Virus record (IMG/VR): IMGVR_UViG_2563366843_000007
Direction: 5' to 3' (one strand)
Length of the DNA: 32,971 nt
Source: a virus
Taxonomy: Duplodnaviria; Heunggongvirae; Uroviricota; Caudoviricetes
This document shows positions 25,177 through 32,971 of this stretch, piece by piece. The notes below the pieces were generated by a model, which saw nothing but the letters and a program-made list of their open reading frames with translations, was not told the origin of the DNA and did not search any database. How positions within the stretch are numbered: the stretch's first letter is position 1; every line of letters starts with the position of its first letter. Both the position numbers and the translations under genes were made by a program.

Positions 25177-25198
25177 AACCGCTTCGGCGGTTTTTTTC
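25177..25198 (+). terminator. Rho-independent terminator-like hairpin between GT and the tape-measure gene
   Basis: ACCGC-UUCG-GCGGU followed by UUUUUUU. Confidence 0.55.
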
Positions 25199-25207
25199 GT
25201 CCGGAGA

Positions 25208-28200
25208 ATGAGTGTGGCGACATTACGTGAACTGATTATTAAAATCTCGGCAAACTCCCGGTCATTCCAGTCAGAGATCTCCCGGGCTTCGCGTATGGGG
25301 CAGGATTACTACCGTACCATGCAGAACGGGGGCCGGCAGTCCGCTGCTGCATCCCGTGAAATGCGGCGTGCACTGGCAGAAGTGACGGATCAGATAAATA
25401 CAGCTAAATCTTCGGCACTGAATATGGCGGGGGCATTTGCCGGGGCTTTTGCTACCGGTCATCTTATTTCTCTCGCCGATGAGTGGAATTCAGTAAATGC
25501 CCGTCTGAAGCAGGCCTCACAGTCCAGTGATGATTTTCAGGCATCACAGCGTGAATTAATGGCGATCAGCCAGAGAACGGGGACGGCGTTTTCTGATAAC
25601 GCCAGCCTTTTTGCCCGTTCTGCAGCTTCCATGCGGGAGTATGGTTACAGTTCTGAGGAGGTACTGAAAGTCACCGAGGCGATCTCCACGGGCCTGAAAT
25701 TATCCGGTGCCAGTACAGCAGAAGCCAGTTCGGTGATCACGCAGTTCAGTCAGGCACTGGCGCAGGGAGTGCTGCGCGGTGAAGAGTTTAACTCGGTGAA
25801 TGAGAACGGCGATCGTGTTATTCGTGCGCTGGCTGCGGGAATGGGGGTTGCCCGTAAGGATCTGAAGGCCATGGCGGATAACGGAAAACTGACCGCCGAT
25901 AAGGTTGTTCCTGCACTGATTAGTCAGCTTGGGGCATTACGTGATGAATATGCGGCAATGCCTGATACGGTTTCATCCTCTGCAACCAAAGTTGAAAACG
26001 CCTTTATGGCCTGGGTTGGTGGTGCGAACGAGGCAAGCGGAGTGACGAAGACGCTCTCCGGTGTGCTGAATGGTATTGCAGGCAATATTGACACCGTGGC
26101 AACCGCTGCCGGTGCTCTGGTTGCCGTCGGGGTAGCCCGATATTTTGGCAATATGGCGTCGTCTGCTGGATCTGCAACTGCCGGATTAATTACTGCAGCC
26201 AGAAACGAAGTGGCTCTTGCTGAAGTGCAACTTCGGGGGACACAGATAGCAACCGCCAGGGCGCGTGCGGCGGTTTATCGTGCGCAACAGGCGGTTGTTG
26301 CTGCTCGCGGTACCGAAAGGCAGGCCGCAGCAGAAGCGAAGCTGACAGCTGCCCAGGCGTCACTTACCCGTAATATTGCGGCCAGAACAGCGGCACAGAC
26401 AACGCTGAATAATGTTACGTCAGTGGGGAGTCGTTTATTAAGTGGCGCGCTGGGGCTGGTTGGTGGTGTGCCGGGACTCGTCATGCTGGGGGCTGCGGCC
26501 TGGTACACGATGTATCAGAATCAGGAGCAGGCCAGAGAATCTGCACGCCAGTATGCCGCAACAATCGACGAAATTCGCCAGAAAACGTCGGCAATGTCGC
26601 TTCCTGAAGCGTCAGATAATGAGGAAAAGACGCGACAGGCACTGAAGGAGCAGAACAGGTTAATTGACGAGCAGAAAAGTAAGATTAAATCCTTACAGGA
26701 AAAAATTGCTGGCTATCAGTATGTGCTGGCAAATCCGGGCTGGACAACCGATAACGGTTTTATGATTAACCACATGACGTCGGTAAAAACTGTCACAGAA
26801 GGGCTTGCAGAAGCAACAAATCAACTGGCAGTTGAACAGTCTCGCCTCACTCAAATGCAGGGCAAAGCGCAATCCATTCAGGATGTGCTTGCCGGGCTGG
26901 AGGAGCGACGGGTGGCGTTGATCCGTCAACAGGCGGCGGAACAAAACAAAGCGTATCAGTCCCTGTTGATCATGAATGGGCAGCATACCGAGTTTAATCG
27001 CCTTCTTGGGCTTGGTAATGAATTACTTCAACAGCGACAGGGGCTGGTGAATGTACCGTTACGGCTACCACAGGCAACCCTGGATGATAAACAGCAGACC
27101 GCACTGAATAACAGCAAGCGCGAACTGGCTCTGTCCCGCCTTAAGGGGGAAGCGCGTGAGCGTGCCCGACTGGGCTATGCTGCGGATGATCTCGGCTTTG
27201 TGGGAGAGGCGTATCAGACAGCCAGACAGAATTATATCAATAACTCACTGGATGCCTGGCGAAATAACCAGGCAAATAAACCCAAAGCGCATAAAAAGAC
27301 CGAAGCGGAAAAAACAGAAGATATTTATAAACGGCTGATTAAACAGCAAAAAGAACAGATAGCACTGGCAGGGCAGAATACTGAACTGGCTAAGATGAAA
27401 TATCAGGTCAGTCAGGGCGAATTATCAACCCTGTCAGAAGCGCAGAAAAAAACGCTTTTGCAGAATGCAGCACTCATCGACCAGAGAAAGATTCGTGAGC
27501 AGCTTGCTGCGTATGAGAGCAGTCTGGCGGACAGTAATGCCAGTGCCCGGGCATCTGACGACGCGCAGTTGCTGGGATATGGTGAAGGCTCACGGATGCG
27601 TGAACGACTCCAGGAAATGTGGAGTATCCGGCAGACGTTTGAGCAGAAAAATAACGAGCTGCTGAGACAGTATCAGGCCGGAGAAATTGAAGAAGCCCTG
27701 TGGAAACAGGAGAAAGAACTGAATAAAAAATATCTGGAAGAGCGTCTCAGCGATCAGCAGGATTATTATGCAAAGGCCGATGCTTTACGTAATAACTGGA
27801 ATGCCGGACTCCAGGAGGGACTGACCAACTGGGCAGACAGTGCCACCGATTATGCTTCACAGGCGGCAGATGCTGTCGTTTCCACGATGGACGGGCTGGT
27901 ATCAAATATTTCCGATGCACTGGCCGGGAATGTTGTGGAGTGGAGGAACTGGGGGTGTTCAGTTCTCCGGGAAGTTTCAAAAATTCTTATGAATGCGGCC
28001 ATTGTTAACGGACTGAAGTCACTCTCCGGTGCCGGAGGGTGGCTTGGTACGGTCGGCGGATGGATTTCGGGGGCGGTGGCAAACGCAAAAGGTGGTGTTT
28101 ACACATCGGCAAATCTGAGTGCTTACAGTAACACTATTGTGGATACACCGACGTATTTTGCTTTTGCGAAAGGTGCCGGGCTGATGGGCGAGGCCGGGCC

Positions 28201-28441
28201 TGAAGCAATCATGCCACTGACACGGGCAGCGGACGGCTCTCTTGGGGTCAGAGCCATTGGCAATGTGAATGGTGGCGGTGGATTTGTTTATTCTCCCGTG
28301 TATCACATCAGCATTCAGAATCAAGGGAGCAATGGCGAGATAGATGCGCGATCAGCCAGGGGGCTGGTGGATCTGATCGACAGCAGGGTTGTGTCAATTA
28401 TGCAGTCATCGCGTCGGGATGGAGGATTATACAGTGCCTGA
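25208..28441 (+). CDS. Tail tape measure protein
   Basis: 1077-aa alpha-helical, Ala/Gln-rich ORF in the canonical position; the start could alternatively be GTG 25214, which has better Shine-Dalgarno spacing. Confidence 0.9.
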   Translation: MSVATLRELIIKISANSRSFQSEISRASRMGQDYYRTMQNGGRQSAAASREMRRALAEVTDQINTAKSSALNMAGAFAGAFATGHLISLADEWNSVNARLKQASQSSDDFQASQRELMAISQRTGTAFSDNASLFARSAASMREYGYSSEEVLKVTEAISTGLKLSGASTAEASSVITQFSQALAQGVLRGEEFNSVNENGDRVIRALAAGMGVARKDLKAMADNGKLTADKVVPALISQLGALRDEYAAMPDTVSSSATKVENAFMAWVGGANEASGVTKTLSGVLNGIAGNIDTVATAAGALVAVGVARYFGNMASSAGSATAGLITAARNEVALAEVQLRGTQIATARARAAVYRAQQAVVAARGTERQAAAEAKLTAAQASLTRNIAARTAAQTTLNNVTSVGSRLLSGALGLVGGVPGLVMLGAAAWYTMYQNQEQARESARQYAATIDEIRQKTSAMSLPEASDNEEKTRQALKEQNRLIDEQKSKIKSLQEKIAGYQYVLANPGWTTDNGFMINHMTSVKTVTEGLAEATNQLAVEQSRLTQMQGKAQSIQDVLAGLEERRVALIRQQAAEQNKAYQSLLIMNGQHTEFNRLLGLGNELLQQRQGLVNVPLRLPQATLDDKQQTALNNSKRELALSRLKGEARERARLGYAADDLGFVGEAYQTARQNYINNSLDAWRNNQANKPKAHKKTEAEKTEDIYKRLIKQQKEQIALAGQNTELAKMKYQVSQGELSTLSEAQKKTLLQNAALIDQRKIREQLAAYESSLADSNASARASDDAQLLGYGEGSRMRERLQEMWSIRQTFEQKNNELLRQYQAGEIEEALWKQEKELNKKYLEERLSDQQDYYAKADALRNNWNAGLQEGLTNWADSATDYASQAADAVVSTMDGLVSNISDALAGNVVEWRNWGCSVLREVSKILMNAAIVNGLKSLSGAGGWLGTVGGWISGAVANAKGGVYTSANLSAYSNTIVDTPTYFAFAKGAGLMGEAGPEAIMPLTRAADGSLGVRAIGNVNGGGGFVYSPVYHISIQNQGSNGEIDARSARGLVDLIDSRVVSIMQSSRRDGGLYSA

Positions 28442-28775
28442 GCCTGAAGTTTTTAACTGGATCCCCCGCGAGGGGATGGAGACGACACGAAAGCCATCAG
28501 TTATTACGGTAAAGTTTGGTGACGGATATGAACAGCGACGGGCTGGTGGTCTGAATGCGGATCTGAAAACGTTTAAACCGGTATTTCGTGTCACAGATGA
28601 ATATTCCCGTGCCGCGCTGGACAGTTTTTTATCCCGTCATGCCGGGATTCGTGCTTTTTTGTGGCGTCTGCCAAAACACAACAGGACTGTCCGGGTTGTC
28701 TGCAGGGAGTGGAGCATTTCGGATAATGCCATGTATACCGATTTTAACTGCACCTTTGAAGAGGTCACTCACTGA
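28434..28775 (+). CDS. M: Minor tail protein M
   Basis: FGDGYEQR motif and overall similarity to lambda gpM as recalled; GTG start with GGAGGA at 7-nt spacing; the longest ORF starts at 28389. Confidence 0.8.
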   Translation: MPEPEVFNWIPREGMETTRKPSVITVKFGDGYEQRRAGGLNADLKTFKPVFRVTDEYSRAALDSFLSRHAGIRAFLWRLPKHNRTVRVVCREWSISDNAMYTDFNCTFEEVTH

Positions 28776-29473
28776 TGCAGGATATACAGCAGGAAACACT
28801 CAATGAGTGCACTAAAACGGAGCAATCCGCGCTGGTCGTGCTCTGGGAAATTGATTTGACAGAGGTCGGCGGAGATCGTTATTTCTTCTGTAATGAGCAG
28901 AACGAAAAAGGTGAGCCGGTCACATGGCAGGGGCGACAGTATCAGGCGTACCCTATTCAGGGGAGCGGCTTTGAGATGAACGGCAAGGGAGCCAGTGCAA
29001 GGCCAACGCTGAAAGTCTCTAATCTGCACGGCATGGTAACCGGGATGGCCGAAGATCTGCAGAGTCTGGTCGGCGGAACGGTGGTCCGGCGTAAGGTTTA
29101 CGCCCGTTTTCTGGATGCGGTGAACTTCGTCAACGGAAACAGTGACGCCGATGCGGAGCAGGAGGTGATCAGCCGCTGGCGCATCGAGCAGTGCAGCGAA
29201 CTGAGCGCGGTCAGTGCTTCCTTTGTACTGTCCACGCCGACGGAAACGGATGGCGCTGTTTTTCCGGGACGTATCATGCTGGCCAACACCTGCACCTGGA
29301 CCTATCGCGGCGATGAGTGCGGTTATCACGGTCCGGCGGTCGCGGATGAATATGACCAGCCAACGTCCGATATCACGAAGGATAAATGCAGCAAATGCCT
29401 GAGCGGCTGTAAGTTTCGCAATAACGTCGGCAACTTTGGCGGCTTCCTTTCCATTAACAAACTTTCGCAGTAA
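28775..29473 (+). CDS. L: Minor tail protein L
   Basis: 232-aa ORF with conserved C-terminal Cys cluster (CTWTYRGDECGY...CSKCLSGC); start overlaps the M stop (TGATG). Confidence 0.85.
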   Translation: MQDIQQETLNECTKTEQSALVVLWEIDLTEVGGDRYFFCNEQNEKGEPVTWQGRQYQAYPIQGSGFEMNGKGASARPTLKVSNLHGMVTGMAEDLQSLVGGTVVRRKVYARFLDAVNFVNGNSDADAEQEVISRWRIEQCSELSAVSASFVLSTPTETDGAVFPGRIMLANTCTWTYRGDECGYHGPAVADEYDQPTSDITKDKCSKCLSGCKFRNNVGNFGGFLSINKLSQ

Positions 29474-29477
29474 TCCC

Positions 29478-30221
29478 ATGACACAGACAGAATCAGCGAT
29501 TCTGGCGCACGCCCGGCGATGTGCGCCAGCGGAGTCGTGCGGCTTCGTGGTGAGAACGCCGGAAGGGGAAAGATATTTTCCCTGCGTGAATATCTCCGGT
29601 GAGCCGGAGGCGTATTTCCGGATGTCGCCGGAGGACTGGCTGCGGGCAGAGATGCAGGGTGAGATTGTGGCGCTGGTCCACAGCCACCCCGGTGGTCTGC
29701 CCTGGCTGAGTGAGGCTGACAGGCGGCTGCAGGTGCAGAGCGATTTGCCTTGGTGGCTGGTCTGCCGGGGTGAGATTCATAAATTCCGCTGTGTGCCGCA
29801 TCTTACCGGGCGGCGCTTTGAGCACGGGGCGACGGACTGTTACACGCTGTTCCGGGATGCTTATCATCTGGCGGGGATTGAGATGCCGGACTTTCATCGT
29901 GAGGATGACTGGTGGTGTAACGGCCAGAATCTCTATCTGGATAATCTGGAGGCCACAGGGCTGTATCAGGTGCCGTTGTCAGCGGCGCAGCCGGGCGATG
30001 TGCTGCTGTGCTGTTTTGGTTCATCGGTGCCGAATCATGCCGCCATTTACTGCGGCGACGGTGAGCTGTTGCACCATATTCCTGAACAACTGAGCAAACG
30101 AGAGAGGTATACCGACAAATGGCAGCGACGCACACACTCCCTCTGGCGTCACCGGGCATGGCACGCATCTGCCTTTACGGGGATTTACAACGATTTGGCC
30201 GCCGCATCGACCTTCGTGTAA
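29478..30221 (+). CDS. K: Tail tip assembly protein K (JAB/MPN plus NlpC/P60-like)
   Basis: JAMM-like motif HSHP...SEAD; ATG (MTQTESAIL...) just after the L stop; the longest ORF starts at 29436. Confidence 0.85.
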   Translation: MTQTESAILAHARRCAPAESCGFVVRTPEGERYFPCVNISGEPEAYFRMSPEDWLRAEMQGEIVALVHSHPGGLPWLSEADRRLQVQSDLPWWLVCRGEIHKFRCVPHLTGRRFEHGATDCYTLFRDAYHLAGIEMPDFHREDDWWCNGQNLYLDNLEATGLYQVPLSAAQPGDVLLCCFGSSVPNHAAIYCGDGELLHHIPEQLSKRERYTDKWQRRTHSLWRHRAWHASAFTGIYNDLAAASTFV

Positions 30222-30766
30222 AAACGGGGGCTGAAGCCATCCGGGCGTTGTCCACACAGCTCCCGGCGTTTCGTCAGAAACTGAATGACGGCTGGTATCA
30301 GGTGCGCATTGCCGGGCGTGATGCAGGTGAAACCGAATTATCTGCCCGTCTTAATGAGCCGCTGGCAAATGGTGCCGTGATCCACATCGTGCCGCGTCTG
30401 GCGGGAGCTAAAAGTGGCGGTGTGTTTCAGGTGGTGCTGGGGGCGGCGCTGATTGCGGTGGCATGGTGGAACCCTGTGGGCTGGCTGGGTGCCGCGGCTG
30501 TATCGGGCATGTATGCGGCAGGGGCCAGTATGATCCTGGGTGGTGTGGCCCAGATGCTGGCACCGAAAGCCCGGACGCCCACAGCGACCAGCACGGATAA
30601 CGGTAAGCAGAACACCTATTTCTCATCACTGGATAACATGGTTGCCCAGGGCAATGTTCTGCCTGTTCTGTACGGTGAAATGCGCGTGGGGTCGCGGGTG
30701 GCTTCTCAGGAGATCAGCACGGCAGACGAGGGGGACGGTGGTCAGGTTGTGGTGATTGGTCGTTGA
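30119..30766 (+). CDS. I: Tail tip assembly protein I
   Basis: 215-aa ORF with Gly/Ala-rich hydrophobic segment and conserved C-terminus (NGKQNTYFSSLDNMVAQGNVLPVLYGEMRVGSRV); overlaps the K end by ~100 nt, so the start may be downstream. Confidence 0.8.
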   Translation: MAATHTLPLASPGMARICLYGDLQRFGRRIDLRVKTGAEAIRALSTQLPAFRQKLNDGWYQVRIAGRDAGETELSARLNEPLANGAVIHIVPRLAGAKSGGVFQVVLGAALIAVAWWNPVGWLGAAAVSGMYAAGASMILGGVAQMLAPKARTPTATSTDNGKQNTYFSSLDNMVAQGNVLPVLYGEMRVGSRVASQEISTADEGDGGQVVVIGR

Positions 30767-30785
30767 TGAAAAACGTTTTATGTGA

Positions 30786-30812
30786 AACCGCCTCAGGGCG
30801 GTTTTGTCGTTT
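30786..30812 (+). terminator. Terminator-like hairpin between I and J
   Basis: AACCGCC-UCAG-GGCGGUU followed by a U-rich tract. Confidence 0.5.
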
Positions 30813-30836
30813 CTGGAGCGTGAGGAATGGGTAAAG

Positions 30837-32971
30837 GCAGCAGTAAGGGGCATACCCCGCGCGAAGCGAAGGACAACCTGAAGTCCACGCAGATGCTGAG
30901 CGTGATAGACGCCATCAGTGAAGGGCCGATTGAAGGTCCGGTGGACGGATTAAAAAGTGTGCTGCTGAACAGTACGCCAGTGCTGGACAGTGAGGGGAAT
31001 ACCAATATCTCCGGTGTCACGGTGGTTTTCCGGGCAGGTGAGCAGGAGCAGACACCGCCGGAGGGATTTGAATCCTCCGGCTCCGAGACGGTGCTGGGTA
31101 CGGAAGTGAAGTACGACACGCCGATTACCCGGACCATCACGTCTGCAAACATCGACCGTCTGCGCTTTACCTTCGGTGTGCAGGCACTGGTGGAAACCAC
31201 CTCAAAGGGGGACCGGAATCCGTCGGAAGTCCGCCTGCTGGTTCAGATACAGCGTAACGGTGGCTGGGTGACGGAAAAAGACATCACCATTAAAGGCAAA
31301 ACCACCTCACAGTATCTGGCCTCGGTGGTGGTGGGTAACCTGCCGCCGCGCCCGTTTAATATCCGGATGCGCAGGATGACACCGGACAGCACCACAGACC
31401 AGCTGCAGAACAAAACGCTCTGGTCGTCATACACCGAAATCATCGATGTGAAACAGTGCTACCCGAACACGGCACTGGTCGGCGTGCAGGTGGACTCGGA
31501 ACAGTTCGGCAGCCAGCAGGTGAGCCGTAATTATCATCTTCGCGGGCGCATTCTGCAGGTGCCGTCGAACTATAACCCGCAGACGCGGCAATACAGCGGT
31601 ATCTGGGACGGAACGTTTAAGCCAGCATACAGCAACAACATGGCCTGGTGTCTGTGGGATATGCTGACCCACCCGCGCTACGGCATGGGTAAACGTCTTG
31701 GTGCGGCGGATGTGGACAAATGGGCGCTGTATGTCATCGGCCAGAATTGCGACCAGTCGGTGCCGGACGGTTTTGGTGGCACGGAGCCGCGCATTTCCTG
31801 TAATGCCTGGCTGACCACACAGCGTAAGGCGTGGGATGTTCTCAGTGATTTCTGCTCGGCGATGCGCTGTATGCCGGTATGGAACGGGCAGACGCTGACG
31901 TTCGTGCAGGACCGACCGTCGGATAAGGTGTGGACCTATAACCGCAGTAATGTGGTGATGCCGGATGATGGCGCGCCGTTCCGCTACAGCTTCAGCGCCC
32001 TGAAGGACCGCCATAATGCCGTTGAGGTGAACTGGATTGACCCGGATAACGGCTGGGAGACGGCGACAGAGCTTGTGGAGGACACGCAGGCCATTGCCCG
32101 TTACTGTCGTAACGTCACGAAGATGGATGCCTTTGGCTGTACCAGCCGGGGGCAGGCACACCGCGCCGGGCTGTGGCTGATTAAAACGGAGCTACTGGAA
32201 ACGCAGACCGTGGACTTCAGCGTGGGTGCAGAAGGGCTTCGCCATGTACCGGGGGATGTCATTGAAATCTGTGATGATGACTATGCGGGGATCAGCATCG
32301 GCGGGCGCGTGCTGGCGGTGAACAGCCAGACGCGGACACTGACGCTCGACCGTGAAATCACGCTGCCATCCTCCGGCACCACGCTGATAAGCCTGGTTGA
32401 CGGACAGGGGAATCCGGTCAGCGTGGAGGTCCAGTCCGTCACCGACGGCGTGAAGGTAAAAGTAAGCCGTGTTCCTGACGGCGTTGCAGAATACAGCGTG
32501 TGGGGGCTGAAGCTGCCGACGCTGCGCCAGCGCCTGTTCCGCTGTGTGAGTATCCGTGAGAACGATGACGGCACGTATGCCATCACTGCCGTGCAGCATG
32601 TACCGGAAAAAGAGGCCATCGTGGATAACGGGGCGCACTTTGACGGCGACCAGAGCGGCACGGTGAACGGTGTCACGCCGCCAGCGGTGCAGCACCTGAC
32701 TGCCGAAGTCACCGCAGACAGCGGGGAATATCAGGTGCTGGCGCGCTGGGACACGCCGAAGGTGGTGAAGGGGGTGAGCTTTATGCTTCGCCTGACCGTG
32801 GCAGCGGATGACGGCAGTGAGCGGCTGGTCAGCACGGCCCGGACGACGGAAACCACATACCGCTTCACGCAACTGGCGCTGGGGCGGTACACGCTGACAG
32901 TCCGGGCGGTAAATGCGTGGGGACAGCAGGGCGATCCGGCGTCGGTATCGTTCCGGATTGCCGCACCGGCA
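30837..32971 (+). CDS. J: Tail tip / host specificity protein J (3'-truncated by the window end)
   Basis: Open frame from ATG 30837 to the window end (711 codons), N-terminus MGKGSSKGHTPREAKDNLKSTQ..., near-identical to lambda J as I recall it; absent from the ORF track only because no stop is reached. Confidence 0.9.

Larger units (their letters stand above)
1..32971. mobile_element. Lambdoid prophage segment (Qin / phage 21 / lambda mosaic), integrase through 3'-truncated J
   Basis: Collinear phage modules in canonical order: int-xis, immunity, replication, nin-like region, Q, lysis, packaging, head, tail. Left attachment site would lie beyond position 1 and is not visible. Confidence 0.9.

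Noticed and set aside
31427-32872. Minus-strand ORFs of 244 aa and 226 aa (31427-32161, 32192-32872) opposite the J gene
   Set aside because: They lie antisense to the J coding frame, which continues open to the window end; Arg/His-rich composition is typical of antisense translation of GC-rich genes.
1-32971. CRISPR arrays, insertion sequences, rRNA genes
   Set aside because: No regularly spaced direct repeats with unique spacers, no transposase-like ORFs or terminal inverted repeats, and no rRNA-like conserved segments were seen.

Overview
This 32,971-bp window is a nearly complete, collinear lambdoid prophage from an enterobacterial (E. coli-like) host. No rRNA, tRNA, CRISPR array or transposase was found. 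All protein family calls rest on my reading of the translated ORFs and on recall of reference sequences, not on database searches. Left to right: (1) integrase, excisionase and a large exonuclease on the minus strand; (2) a Qin-type dicB operon on the minus strand (ydfA, ydfB, ydfC, DicF sRNA, dicB, ydfD), interrupted by an AT-rich insertion carrying two uncharacterised convergent ORFs; (3) a C2/CI-type repressor divergent from a Cro/YdaS-like and YdaT-like pair, with three GTAAC-N4-GTTAC operators; (4) an O-like replication initiator containing iteron-like repeats; (5) a nin-like accessory region with an HNH endonuclease, Ea22-like proteins, small membrane proteins, a Hok-family type I toxin, a DUF968 protein and RusA; (6) antiterminator Q with a candidate PR'-tR' unit; (7) a phage 21-type lysis cassette (dual-start pinholin, SAR endolysin, Rz with embedded Rz1); (8) an HK97-type packaging and head module; (9) a lambda-like tail module with a G/GT frameshift, ending in a J gene truncated at its 3' end by the window edge. 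The best candidate for something undescribed is the AT-rich two-gene insertion inside the dicB operon; the hok locus and the unassigned small genes of the replication/nin region are secondary candidates.
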